Below are positions 9,991 through 20,450 of a DNA stretch of 64,000 nt, piece after piece. Origin of the DNA: an uncultured Woeseiaceae bacterium (GTDB taxonomy: Bacteria > Pseudomonadota > Gammaproteobacteria > Steroidobacterales > Woeseiaceae); assembly GCA_905480255.1 (NCBI GenBank), contig CAJQPR010000067.1, forward strand, positions 1,061-65,060. Reading direction: 5' to 3'. The stretch's first letter is position 1. Each line of letters opens with the position of its first letter. The notes under the pieces were generated by a model. That model was not told the DNA's origin. It did not search any database and saw nothing but the letters and a program-made list of their open reading frames with translations. Position numbers and translations under genes: made by a program.

Positions 9991-11418
9991 ATGAACAGAA
10001 TTATTGGATTAGTGCTTGCCGGTTTCCTGACTGCCTGCAGTTCTCCACCGGACGAACCGCTGGTCGTGAATGATACGCGCCCGAATATTGTTTTCGTCCT
10101 GGTTGACGATCTTCGCTGGGATGAAATCGGGGTTGCCGGCCACCCCTATGTCGAAACCCCGCATATCGATCGGATTGCTAAGGAGGGCGCGTGGTTTCAA
10201 CGCGCCTTTACCACAACACCGCTGTGTTCACCGGCGCGCGCAACATTCCTGACCGGCTTGTATCCGCACACCAATGGCATCACTGACAACCTGGCGCGCA
10301 ACGAACAAAGTCATAAGCTCGAAACGTTTCCGAAGATGCTGAATGCGGTGGGATACGACACTGCATTCATCGGCAAGTGGCATATGGGAAACGACGATAG
10401 TCCGCGTCCGGGGTTTTCGACGTGGGCCGGCATGAAAGGGCAGGGCGAGGCGCTTAATCCTGAGCTCAACATCAACGGCACCCGGCAACCGTTCGATGGC
10501 TATGTCACCGATATCCTGACGGATTTATCCGTGGATTTCGTTGCCAAACCGAGGCAGGCGCCGTTCCTGCTGTACGTGTCACACAAGGCAATGCATCCCA
10601 ATATTACGCAGCTTGACGACGGTAGCTCGGCCGCCTCGCCGAGCGGTGTGCCCGGCTTTATCCCGGCTGAACGGCACAAGGGCAGGTATGCCCAAAAGCC
10701 GGTAATGCGGCGGCCGAACTCGGGAATCGTGCCAGATGACCGGCCAGCCCTGATGAGACCGATTGGCGATCTGCCTCCGCTAAGCGAAGCCACCGTGACG
10801 CCGGAGCAAACGATTCATCAGCGGCAGGAAATGTTACTGGGTGTCGATGACAGTGTTGGCCGCATTGTTGCGGCCATCGACGAACTTGGTCAGCTGGACA
10901 ATACCATTGTGGTCGTGACGTCGGATCATGGCTTCTGGTACGGCGAGCATGGCTTGTCGAACGAGCGCCGGTTGTCCTATGAAGAAGCACTCAGGATCCC
11001 GATGATGATTCGCTACCCCGACCGGGTATCCGCCGGACTCCGGCCCACGCAGATGGTGCTCTCAATCGACATCGCGCCAACGATGCTGGAGTTGGCCGGC
11101 GTCACTCCGCCCGATAACCTGCATGGAATGTCGCTGGCACCTATCCTGGACGGCGGCAATCCGGAATGGCGATCGTCATTTCTCGTCGAATACTACAGTG
11201 ACACGGTTTTCGAACGAATATTCAAAATGGGTTACAAAGCCGTCCGTACCGATCGATACAAATACATTCAATACGTTGATCTCGCCGGGATGAACGAGTT
11301 GTACGATCTTTCGGCGGACCCCTATGAACTCAGAAATGTGATCAATGATTCGCGCTATGCGGAGACCTTGACCGAAATGCAGGCGGAGCTCGAACGCTTG
11401 CTGGACGTCACTTCCTGA
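9991..11418 (+). CDS. Cys-type sulfatase lipoprotein (formylglycine-dependent)
   Basis: Lipobox LAGFLTAC, metal site VLVDDLRWD, and the formylglycine motif CSPARATFLTG (C-x-P-x-R). Confidence 0.88.
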   Translation: MNRIIGLVLAGFLTACSSPPDEPLVVNDTRPNIVFVLVDDLRWDEIGVAGHPYVETPHIDRIAKEGAWFQRAFTTTPLCSPARATFLTGLYPHTNGITDNLARNEQSHKLETFPKMLNAVGYDTAFIGKWHMGNDDSPRPGFSTWAGMKGQGEALNPELNINGTRQPFDGYVTDILTDLSVDFVAKPRQAPFLLYVSHKAMHPNITQLDDGSSAASPSGVPGFIPAERHKGRYAQKPVMRRPNSGIVPDDRPALMRPIGDLPPLSEATVTPEQTIHQRQEMLLGVDDSVGRIVAAIDELGQLDNTIVVVTSDHGFWYGEHGLSNERRLSYEEALRIPMMIRYPDRVSAGLRPTQMVLSIDIAPTMLELAGVTPPDNLHGMSLAPILDGGNPEWRSSFLVEYYSDTVFERIFKMGYKAVRTDRYKYIQYVDLAGMNELYDLSADPYELRNVINDSRYAETLTEMQAELERLLDVTS

Positions 11419-12361
11419 CTCCGCGCATTTTTTTCAGGGTCGCTGCAGCGCCGGACGCTGTGAATGCACGAAGATAACGGCTGACCAAAACGTTGCCGAC
11501 TTCGCGGTAGACGATGTAGATACCGCTGCCAATAATTATGCAGCCACCCGTAATGACCCATTTGTCGGGCACTTCGTCCCAGATCAGGTAGCCGGCTACC
11601 GCCGCTCCGATCAGGGCGGTGTACTCGAACGGAGCAAGCACAACTGGCGGCGCTCGCCTGTAACCTCCCACGATGCCAACCCAGGCCAGGGCCGAACACA
11701 AACCTGCCACGACAAACAGAACCCAGGCGTCAGCAGTTGGTTCGGTGTAATTCCCGGGCAGCAGAAACATTGACACCACAAACGGGCCGACAACCGTGTA
11801 CAGGGATAGTGCGAAGCTGGTTTCGGTAGTGGCCAGCTTTCGTGCGGTCAGTGCGAGTCCCGACCAGCAAAACGCGGCAACAATGACTGCAATAGCGGCA
11901 GGCGTGAACATGCCCGCGCCGGGGCGAAGTACGATAACAACACCGATAAATCCTGCAACGACTGCGAGCCAGCGCCGCCAGCCAACATGTTCACCAAGAA
12001 AGGGCACGGAAAGTGCGGTAACGATCAGGGGCGCCATAAATGCAATGGTCAGCGCATTGACCAGGGGCATTCGGCCAAGCCCGTAAAAAAATCCGAACAT
12101 AGCGCCGGTGGCAAGAACCGTTCGTAGCAGATGCCATAAGGGCCGTGTTGATTTCAGCGAACTGAATCCGCCGTACCAGCGAGCAGAAATCAGGAAAAAC
12201 AAAATTCCGAACAGGCTGCGGAGAAAAACGAACTGTTGTAGCGAGTAGTCAGTCAGCAGCCACTTCGCACAAAGATCGAGAGCGAGTCCGCCCGCTACGC
12301 CCAGCATCAGGTAAGCGACCGCAGTCCCGAAGTGATCGGGAATTTTGACGTTGTCACTCAT
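11408..12361 (-). CDS. DMT superfamily (EamA-like) transporter
   Basis: About 10 TM segments in two EamA-like halves. Start set at Met14 (12361). The 3' end overlaps the convergent sulfatase gene by 11 nt. Confidence 0.75.
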   Translation of the reverse strand: MSDNVKIPDHFGTAVAYLMLGVAGGLALDLCAKWLLTDYSLQQFVFLRSLFGILFFLISARWYGGFSSLKSTRPLWHLLRTVLATGAMFGFFYGLGRMPLVNALTIAFMAPLIVTALSVPFLGEHVGWRRWLAVVAGFIGVVIVLRPGAGMFTPAAIAVIVAAFCWSGLALTARKLATTETSFALSLYTVVGPFVVSMFLLPGNYTEPTADAWVLFVVAGLCSALAWVGIVGGYRRAPPVVLAPFEYTALIGAAVAGYLIWDEVPDKWVITGGCIIIGSGIYIVYREVGNVLVSRYLRAFTASGAAATLKKMRGVRK

Positions 12362-12519
12362 TTTCGGTCCATAAAAAAACGCTGTGGCTCCGATGCACAC
12401 AGCGCATTTCTTCGTTCAGCCTGCGTTCAGAAAAACACCCCTGAAGTTCAGCTTCAATTCATGGTGTTCGTACTTTAATGGATACCAGTTTCAAAGATTG
12501 TGCGCCAGAGGTGTTCGAC

Positions 12520-13416
12520 ATGTCTAGAAAAATCGAGAGAGCCATATTTACAAATAATTTCTACCTGGTAATTGCCAGCCTGATTGTCTTGTCTGCTTCG
12601 GCGGTCGTTGTCGCAGCGCCGGAGGCCGGCGCAGATGAGGCAGCCGGAGAAGTAAGAACTTCAATTACCCGCCACCATGTCCGGGGCGGCCGCGATAAAC
12701 CAACCGATGTCGAAGAGACCACCGAGGACTATGACGCACTTGTTACGTCGGGTGATCGAAAAGGCACAGAAACCCGCGGTAGTTTCGCAAAACCAGCGGT
12801 CGGATCAAGCGATTCGCAAAGCGCCAGCTACGATTTTTGGATCTACGAAGCTGATGTCCTGCTGTTCAATGACGACGACGCGGACGGCTACTTTCATGGC
12901 GTTGACCTGTTGTTCGACGCTGACACGATCTATTCGGCGGCCGATGTTTACGCAGTCCTTTACCTCAGCTATGAAGGTGGGCCGTGGAATGAATATGGCG
13001 TCACTGAGGACTTCACAATATTCGGATCCAGTGGAACGGACGAGTACGTCATGGTCACGGAACTAATGTCAGGCTATCCCACGGGAAGTTACGATTTGCT
13101 GATCGAGCTGTTCGATGCTTATGACGGCAGCTTCCTCGCGGCGTTCGGTCCGGATGAGACCTCCGAGCTTGCGTATCTTCCCCTGGAGGACTACAACCGC
13201 GATGCACCGATTGAGGAAGTTCAGGTGGTCGTCAATCGCGGTGGAGGTGGTGCAATGGACGGCTGGCTGTTGACCGCATTCCTGTTGATCCTGTTTGCGA
13301 GCGCCATGCGTAAGATCTGGCGCCGGAGAAACGACACATTGATGCGTATTGACTCGCCCGCGCCGTGCTGGAAGGCAGAGTCGGCCAGCCGCGGCGGACC
13401 TGGATTCAGCCGATAA
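12520..13416 (+). CDS. Acidic exported protein with an internal GlyGly-CTERM-like sorting segment
   Basis: Has an N-terminal TM/signal segment and an Asp-rich domain (DFWIYEADVLLFNDDDADGYFHGVDLLFDADT). This is followed by GGGGAMDGWLLTAFLLILFASAMRKIWRRR and 28 further residues. Start may be 12478 or 12520. Confidence 0.55.
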   Translation: MSRKIERAIFTNNFYLVIASLIVLSASAVVVAAPEAGADEAAGEVRTSITRHHVRGGRDKPTDVEETTEDYDALVTSGDRKGTETRGSFAKPAVGSSDSQSASYDFWIYEADVLLFNDDDADGYFHGVDLLFDADTIYSAADVYAVLYLSYEGGPWNEYGVTEDFTIFGSSGTDEYVMVTELMSGYPTGSYDLLIELFDAYDGSFLAAFGPDETSELAYLPLEDYNRDAPIEEVQVVVNRGGGGAMDGWLLTAFLLILFASAMRKIWRRRNDTLMRIDSPAPCWKAESASRGGPGFSR

Positions 13417-14029
13417 GTTTATCGATCTTCAATTGGCGGGCGATGGCGTTGGCTTCCTCCAGAAGCACCTCGTTCATCGTCGCCTTTTCGAAACATGTCG
13501 ATTGAATGGTCCAGACACGCTTGCTTTCACCGGCGTCGTAAAGATTGGTTACTGCGACCACTGTATGTGCCAGGCGCACAGTATCCGGTTCTTTTAGCTC
13601 TTCATAGTCGTACAGGAAGTAGTCTGCCGGATCACCGCCGCGACACTCCGCAACCATGTCGACACGCCCTTCCTCGATGTCCGCGCTCGTAGCCACGCTG
13701 ACGATGTGAGTTACAAGGATTGCGTCTGCTGCAGAACGCCTGGCGGCCTCGTCAATGTCATCCTGTAGCAGGGTGGTTTCTGGCCCTGTTTCTGTGTGTC
13801 CGGCAATGGCGATAGCACCTGCTGAACGTAATTGTTCCGCGATACTATCTTCAAGACGCTGTCTTGTCTGCGTATCGCCAGCAATGCCAACCACGAAAAT
13901 TCTTTGGTAACGGAGATCCGAGTTCGCCGTATCGTCATAGAGCTTTATGACTTCGGTTTGCTGAGCACAACTGGCGAAAAAAACCGCCAGCGCCAGAAGC
14001 CAGGGCAATCGGGGTTTGAGCGTGTCCAA
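13406..14029 (-). CDS. Hypothetical lipoprotein
   Basis: Lipobox LALAVFFASC. No family recognised. Confidence 0.55.
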   Translation of the reverse strand: MDTLKPRLPWLLALAVFFASCAQQTEVIKLYDDTANSDLRYQRIFVVGIAGDTQTRQRLEDSIAEQLRSAGAIAIAGHTETGPETTLLQDDIDEAARRSAADAILVTHIVSVATSADIEEGRVDMVAECRGGDPADYFLYDYEELKEPDTVRLAHTVVAVTNLYDAGESKRVWTIQSTCFEKATMNEVLLEEANAIARQLKIDKLIG

Positions 14030-14118
14030 GGGTCACCAACAACGGAAGTGGGGCTGTAGATTTATGCTACGTCCGGCGGTTTTCCGGGCAATTGGTATTA
14101 ACCCTTAGCACGGTTTGC

Positions 14119-17100
14119 TCAGGCAGACGATCGCGCCGTGCTCCTGGCAGATGACTGGCTGCGCGCAGTGCGCATCACGTTCCGTCCCCATACCGAGAGT
14201 GAATCGAAGTATGCGTAAAGTGCCGGAACGACGAGCAGGGAAACGACCGTAGAAAAAGCGAGACCCCCAATAATCGCACGGGCCATCGGAAAGTACGGCG
14301 GTCCGTCACCACCAATCTGGGTGGTGCTTACCGCGAGCGGCGCAAGACCTACAATGGTCGTGGCAACCGTCATCAGAATCGGGCGTAGCCTGTCCCTGCC
14401 GGCTTCCGCGATCGCCTCGTTTCGTGGCATACCCTCGAGTCGAAGGTTGTTTATGTGATCAACAAGCACTATCCCGTTGTTCACGACCACGCCGATCAGG
14501 ATCATTATTCCGATTGATGCCATGAACGAGAACGTCGTCCCCGTTGCCGCGAAGAACAGGAATACGCCGAACACGGAAAAGAGAATTGAGCCCAATATGA
14601 TGGAAAACGGAAACAACAGAGATTCAAAAAGGGCTGCCATAACCAGGAAGATGCAGGCAATCCCGAGCAGAATATTGGTTGCCATCATTTGCTGCGTCTC
14701 GTCCTGCCGATCGAACCCTCGACCAAATTTCCAGTTGTAACCCGGTGGCATGTCGAATTCGCCCAGCAAGGCCTCCACCCTGGGTTTGACGGAATCCAGG
14801 CTGGCTTCGTCGGCGAGATTTGCGTTCAAGATCACAGCGGTTTGACGATCTGTCCTTTGAATGGTGTCCGGTGAAGCACCAATGCGGAAATTTGCAACCG
14901 CTCCAAGCGGTATCCGGCGGCCGTCAGGAGTGTAAAGTGGCAAATCCGCAAGTTGATCGATGCTTTGTTTGTCGTTCTCGCGAAACGCCAGGCGAACTGC
15001 TACTTCTCCTGTTGCCCCGCGGAATTCACGCAGGTTCTGGCCGCGCATGGCGATGCCGATATCCCGCGCAACTTCCTGTGCTGTGAGGCCGGCCGCAGCC
15101 GCTCGTTCGCGATCAACCGTTATCTGGATCTCGCGGTCCCCGACTTCGGCATCGGAACGGACGTCCTCCAACCCCTCAACCGTCGACAGTAGTCGTGTCA
15201 CTTCTATGCCAAGCTCATTCAGGATCTGGGTGGAGTCGCCGGATATCTGCAGGCTGAAGCCATCGCCACCGCCCTGCTGATCGAACTCGAAGCTCGGCTT
15301 GCCAATAGCGATGTCCGGCATGTTTGCTTCGATTCGTTCAATAACTTCCGACGTCGACAGTGTGGCTTGCTCTTCCTCGGTCAGAAGGATGACGATAGAT
15401 GCATCGCGCTTTTCGTAGTAGCTATACACAGAGCGAATGTCGAACGACTCCTGATTTTCAAAAAGGTAGTCCTCAATAGTGGAAACCGTGTTTTCTACAC
15501 GTTCCAGGGGGTGCTCGCCTTCGATGTGCAAAGGCATAAAAAGGCGACGCCCAACATCCTGCGGAAACGCATCAAACTTCACCAGTTGCAAGAGCAATGG
15601 CGAAATGCCAATCAGACAGATCAACAGGATGCCGCCAAATGTCTTCCACGGTCTAACAAGAATCCAGCGCAGGCTCGCAACATAGCGTTTGGTCAGGCGT
15701 GCCATACCCGAGCCGCTTTTGGGCCGTGGCGGTACTTTGATTCGTGCCGCCAGCATTGGAACCAGGGTCTGTGCAATAAAAAGAGATGCGAGCAGAGCGA
15801 CGATGATCGTAATACCAACGTGCGTCATGAATACGGATATATCTGTCTGCGCGCCAAACATTATGGGTACAAAAACAATGATCGTTGTCAGCGTGCCGGC
15901 GATCACCGCGATGCCTACTTCCTGCACGCCCTTTAAAGTTGCCTTGATCGGGTTTTCCGGATCAAGTTCGCGCTGACGAAAAACGCTCTCTGTGACGACA
16001 ACGGCATTGTCCACCAGCATGCCGATCGCAAGCATCAGGCCCATCATGGTTAACATGTTGAGACTCAGTCCGGCGAAATATAGTGCGCCAAGCGTAATCA
16101 GCAACGAGAAAGGCACGGAGGCTGTGACAACGATTGTCGTCGTCATTTGACGAAGAAACAGGTACAGGACCACCAATGCGAGGAGTGCACCGATAGCACC
16201 GGCGCTCAGTAAATCACCGAGTGACTTCCTGACACTGTCGCCCATGTTGTCGAGGTCGAAAATGTTGATGCCCTGCATTTGCGGGAGCTTTGATATTTCC
16301 TCGACTTCGGCCATTACCCGGTCGGTTACATCGACCATGTTTGCGCCGGTGGACTTACTGATCGCGACGCCGATGGCATACTCTTTGTCGAGATGTCGGC
16401 CATAGTCTCGGTCCGGGCTGCGCAGCTCTACATCAGCGATGTCATGTAAGCGCAGATTCTCCGTGTTGATGACGAGATCACGGATTTGCTGCACCGATTG
16501 AAACTCGCCACGCGGCCGGACGCTGAATCGCTGGCTGCTGTCAGTCAGTCTTCCGGCGCTGACAGCGAAATTACTGCGCTCCAGCAATTCCCGGACCTGG
16601 TCAATCGTAACGCCATGTGCGGCAAGCCGGTCGGGCCGCAGCAATATACGAATTTCGTGCGGGTCGACACCCTCCAGTACTACCTGGGATACCCCCTCAA
16701 TGCGTTCAATTCGGCGCTTCAGTAAGCGGTCGAGCAGGTCATAACTGTCGGACAGGTCTCGTTCGCTCGATATGCGCAGTTGCAGTATGGGTTGATCGCC
16801 AAGCGAGCCGGTGAAGATCAGAATTCTCCGGACATCGGCAGGCAGTTCATGCCTGATGCCGTCGACCTTTGCGCGGGCCTCTATGCCTTTGCTGCCCATA
16901 CTTTGGTCCCAGCCGAATTGCAGGAATATCTGCGTCATGTTCTCGCTGGATGACGAGTACATGCGTTCGACGCCGGACAGCGTTGCCAGCGCTTCTTCGA
17001 TAGGGCGCGTGATTAATTTTTCGACTTCCTCTGGCGTCGATCCAGTGTATGGAACCTGGATAATTATCCCGGGGAACTCGATGTCAGGAAATTTCTCGAG

Positions 17101-17199
17101 CGGCAACAATCGCGTTGCAATCAACCCGACCAGGGCTAGTGCAACGAAAACGACAACGGTCGTAACTGGGCGCTTCAGAGAAATCTCGGTGTGCTTCAT
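14119..17199 (-). CDS. RND efflux permease (distal of two in the operon)
   Basis: 1026 aa with 12-TM AcrB-like architecture. TM4 motif is GMLVDNAVVVTE and TM10 motif is GVVVNNGIVLVD. It starts 4 nt after the stop of the upstream RND gene. Confidence 0.92.
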   Translation of the reverse strand: MKHTEISLKRPVTTVVVFVALALVGLIATRLLPLEKFPDIEFPGIIIQVPYTGSTPEEVEKLITRPIEEALATLSGVERMYSSSSENMTQIFLQFGWDQSMGSKGIEARAKVDGIRHELPADVRRILIFTGSLGDQPILQLRISSERDLSDSYDLLDRLLKRRIERIEGVSQVVLEGVDPHEIRILLRPDRLAAHGVTIDQVRELLERSNFAVSAGRLTDSSQRFSVRPRGEFQSVQQIRDLVINTENLRLHDIADVELRSPDRDYGRHLDKEYAIGVAISKSTGANMVDVTDRVMAEVEEISKLPQMQGINIFDLDNMGDSVRKSLGDLLSAGAIGALLALVVLYLFLRQMTTTIVVTASVPFSLLITLGALYFAGLSLNMLTMMGLMLAIGMLVDNAVVVTESVFRQRELDPENPIKATLKGVQEVGIAVIAGTLTTIIVFVPIMFGAQTDISVFMTHVGITIIVALLASLFIAQTLVPMLAARIKVPPRPKSGSGMARLTKRYVASLRWILVRPWKTFGGILLICLIGISPLLLQLVKFDAFPQDVGRRLFMPLHIEGEHPLERVENTVSTIEDYLFENQESFDIRSVYSYYEKRDASIVILLTEEEQATLSTSEVIERIEANMPDIAIGKPSFEFDQQGGGDGFSLQISGDSTQILNELGIEVTRLLSTVEGLEDVRSDAEVGDREIQITVDRERAAAAGLTAQEVARDIGIAMRGQNLREFRGATGEVAVRLAFRENDKQSIDQLADLPLYTPDGRRIPLGAVANFRIGASPDTIQRTDRQTAVILNANLADEASLDSVKPRVEALLGEFDMPPGYNWKFGRGFDRQDETQQMMATNILLGIACIFLVMAALFESLLFPFSIILGSILFSVFGVFLFFAATGTTFSFMASIGIMILIGVVVNNGIVLVDHINNLRLEGMPRNEAIAEAGRDRLRPILMTVATTIVGLAPLAVSTTQIGGDGPPYFPMARAIIGGLAFSTVVSLLVVPALYAYFDSLSVWGRNVMRTARSQSSARSTARSSA

Positions 17200-17203
17200 C
17201 TCG

Positions 17204-20200
17204 CTATGCCGCAGGTGCGGGAACAGCGTCGGTTGCGGGCACAGGCGTCGCCCACTTCTTCCGATCCATTAGCGAGTAGACGACCGGGATGACAACCAGC
17301 GTCAGCATCGTGGATACGAGAAGTCCACCAATAACGGTAATGGCCATCGGGGTTCTGACCTCGGCGCCTTCGCCCACGCCGATTGCCATCGGTAAGAGGC
17401 CAAGGGCGGTCGTTAGTGTGGTCATCAAAATGGGGCGGAGTCTTGCTGTTCCGGCTTCGACAATTGCCGCCATCTTCTCGACTCCGCTGGCCTGCAATTG
17501 ATTTATCAGGTCAACAAGTACGATTGCATTATTTACCACAATTCCGGCAAGCATGATGACGCCTATAAATGCGACGACATTGACGGTAGTGCCGGTGACG
17601 TAAAGAGCCAGCACCGCACCAACAAGTGCAAGCGGAATGGTGAACAGGATGACGAACGGATGAACCAGCGATTCGAACTGTGATGCCATGACGAGGTAGA
17701 CAAGAAATATTGCGAGTGCCAGGGCGAATTGCATTGACCGGAAAGAGTCCTGCATTTCTTCGTTCTGCCCGGATACCATTGCCGTTATACCGTTGGGTAG
17801 CACCGTTCGATTGATAATTGCGTTGGCTTCGGTAGCCGCGGCTCCAAGGTCGCCGTAGGCAAGATTGGCGGTGATAATCGCCACACGTTCCTGTGCAACG
17901 CGTCGAATTTCGGCGGGTCCCCGAGCTACACGAACGTCAGCAACGGCATCCAGCGTGACCGGCCGCTCCGCACTCGGATTAACAATAAGCGACCGTATTT
18001 CATCAATGCTCGCCTGTCGCGTATCCACGCTTCGCACCAGGACATCAATTTTCTTGTCGCGCCAGGTGTACCGGGTTGCGAGTTCGCCACGGACGTTCGC
18101 AACAACCCGATCCGCAATGTCCCTGACCGCCAGACCGAGAGAAGCGGCGCGCTCCTGATCAAACAGGATCTGGATTTCCGGATTTCCAAGTTCGATTGTC
18201 GTTTTGAGGTCAATAAATCTGCCGGACGCTGCCAGTTCCCGAATTAGAGCCTGGTTGGCAGTTTCGAGACCGGTCAGATCGAAGCCCGAAACTTCGATTT
18301 GAAGCGGGCTGGCGAAACTCATCAAAGCAGGACGACTGAACTCGTATTGCACGCCAGGCAGCGATGCGAGTTCTTCGCGTAGCGCGTCCATCGCCATAGT
18401 TTCCTCAGCCCGGCCGCTGCCAGACTTTAGTATAAGACTCAGTGTGCCGGTATTTTCTCCGGAATCGACCGGGTTGGCATCAAGTCGGTTTCCGGTACCG
18501 GCAACTGAGTAACTGAGCTCCACATCATCGATTTCGCGGGTCGCTGCATACGCTGCCTGGATTGCGCGATCGGTCTCAACAAGGGGAGCACCGGGCGACA
18601 GCCTCAGGTCGACATCGAATTCGCCCTGCGAAAGTTGTGGAATAAGTTCGGTCCCGAGCCTGGGTATCAGCAACATCGTGGCAGCGAATATGCCTGCTGC
18701 GCCGCCGATTACGACTGCACGATGATTCAGGGACCAGTGAAGGAGAGGTAAGTATGCTTTTGCGACAATCGCAAAAAAACCTTGCAGCAATCGGCTCGGG
18801 ACCCAGAGGATAGTCCGGAACAGCCAGGCAACGCCGGCGAATGCAACGCCTAGCATTCGTACGACGTGAGCCACGATGCGGGTAAAGCGCCCTGGTGGAG
18901 AGTACTCACCGGATTCTTCGTAACGGGCACCGGTGCCGAGAGCTGCAAGCATTGGGATAAGCGTCAATGCGACAATCAATGAAAAGATCAGCGCGAAAGT
19001 AACTGTAAGGGCCTGATCACGGAATAGCTGGCCTGCTATGCCACTAATGAAGACCATCGGGAAAAATACGGCGATTGTTGTTAGCGTCGCAGCTATTACC
19101 GCCGTCGAAACTTCTGCCGTCCCGTTTCGGGCCGCATCCAGGATACTTTCTCCCTGTTCGCGTTTACGCACAATGTTTTCGAGTACGACAATCGCGTTAT
19201 CGACCAGCATGCCGACGGCAAGCGCCACCCCTCCCAGCGACATGATGTTCAGGGATACGTCGTTCGAATACATCAGCAGGAATGTGCCGATGACGGAAAC
19301 TGGGATTGAAATTGCGATGATTGCAGTTGCGCGGGAATCACGCAGGAATCCGTAAAGCACCATGATGGCCAGTAGGCCGCCAATCAGCGCTGCTGACGTG
19401 ACTTGCTGAATCGCGGCGGAAATAAACTTTGACTGGTCGTGAATGGTGACGAGTTCGAGCTCGTCGGGCAGCGACTCACGAATTCGCTCAAGTCTTTGTT
19501 CGATACGATTGGCGACCTGAACGGTGTTGGCGTCGCCTTCCTTGTAGACGGCAAGCTCGACAGATTCGCGGCCGTTTACGCGAGTGATCGCTTCCCGGTC
19601 TTTAAAGCCACGGGTTACAGTCGCTACGTCGCGCAGATAAACCGGGCGACCCGCCACATTGGCAATGATTGCGCCCGCAAATTCTTCTACGGTCTGGAAT
19701 TCGTTGATTGTTCTAACCAGGAAGCGCTGCGAACCTTCTTCAAGCCGGCCACCTGAGAGGTTGACATTTTCAGCGCGAATTCTCTCCGCTATTTGTTGAA
19801 TGCTGATTCCGAGCTGCGAAAGTTTTTGTTGATCGACTTGAATCTGGACTTCGTCTTCGAGACCTCCACTCACCTTGACGGCAGCAGTGCCTTCTTCGGC
19901 CTCCAGGTCATTCTTTATCCTGTCCTCAGCCAGGCGCCGCAGAGTCTTGAGGTTCGCCTCGCTGGAGTTTTCGCCCTCCGACCCGGCGTCAAGTTTGCGC
20001 AGGAGACTCAGGCGCATAATCGGTTCGGATGATGGGTCGAATCTCAGCAAGAGCGGGCGCCCGGCCTCAAGCGGCAGGTCAAGAATGTCGACCTTCTCAC
20101 GAACGTCGACGCCGGCGACATCCATATCCGTACCCCACAGAAATTCCAGGGTGACGTCAGACTGGCCGGACCGGGAGACTGAGCGAACCTGGCGCACGTT

Positions 20201-20428
20201 TCTGATCACGCCTACCGACTCTTCAATCGGCTTGGTAAGCAGATTTTCGATATCTACAGGGGCAGCACCCGTTAGTTCTGTGCGCACTGTGACCGTTGGA
20301 TAAGAGATATCCGGCAGCAGATTAACCTTGAGACGTGACAGGGAAACCATGCCGAATAGTACGATCGCGATCGTAAACATTACGATCGTGACTCTGCGTT
20401 CGGTTGCAATTTCGATCAGGCGGCGCAT
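17204..20428 (-). CDS. RND efflux permease (proximal of two in the operon)
   Basis: AcrB-like architecture with TM4 GMLVDNAIVVLEN and TM10 GIVVNNAIVLVD. Start moved to Met29 (MRRLIEIATERR, ATG 20428), 22 nt after the adaptor gene stop. Confidence 0.92.
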   Translation of the reverse strand: MRRLIEIATERRVTIVMFTIAIVLFGMVSLSRLKVNLLPDISYPTVTVRTELTGAAPVDIENLLTKPIEESVGVIRNVRQVRSVSRSGQSDVTLEFLWGTDMDVAGVDVREKVDILDLPLEAGRPLLLRFDPSSEPIMRLSLLRKLDAGSEGENSSEANLKTLRRLAEDRIKNDLEAEEGTAAVKVSGGLEDEVQIQVDQQKLSQLGISIQQIAERIRAENVNLSGGRLEEGSQRFLVRTINEFQTVEEFAGAIIANVAGRPVYLRDVATVTRGFKDREAITRVNGRESVELAVYKEGDANTVQVANRIEQRLERIRESLPDELELVTIHDQSKFISAAIQQVTSAALIGGLLAIMVLYGFLRDSRATAIIAISIPVSVIGTFLLMYSNDVSLNIMSLGGVALAVGMLVDNAIVVLENIVRKREQGESILDAARNGTAEVSTAVIAATLTTIAVFFPMVFISGIAGQLFRDQALTVTFALIFSLIVALTLIPMLAALGTGARYEESGEYSPPGRFTRIVAHVVRMLGVAFAGVAWLFRTILWVPSRLLQGFFAIVAKAYLPLLHWSLNHRAVVIGGAAGIFAATMLLIPRLGTELIPQLSQGEFDVDLRLSPGAPLVETDRAIQAAYAATREIDDVELSYSVAGTGNRLDANPVDSGENTGTLSLILKSGSGRAEETMAMDALREELASLPGVQYEFSRPALMSFASPLQIEVSGFDLTGLETANQALIRELAASGRFIDLKTTIELGNPEIQILFDQERAASLGLAVRDIADRVVANVRGELATRYTWRDKKIDVLVRSVDTRQASIDEIRSLIVNPSAERPVTLDAVADVRVARGPAEIRRVAQERVAIITANLAYGDLGAAATEANAIINRTVLPNGITAMVSGQNEEMQDSFRSMQFALALAIFLVYLVMASQFESLVHPFVILFTIPLALVGAVLALYVTGTTVNVVAFIGVIMLAGIVVNNAIVLVDLINQLQASGVEKMAAIVEAGTARLRPILMTTLTTALGLLPMAIGVGEGAEVRTPMAITVIGGLLVSTMLTLVVIPVVYSLMDRKKWATPVPATDAVPAPAA

Positions 20429-20450
20429 CGTAGAATCCGTTTTATTTTGG

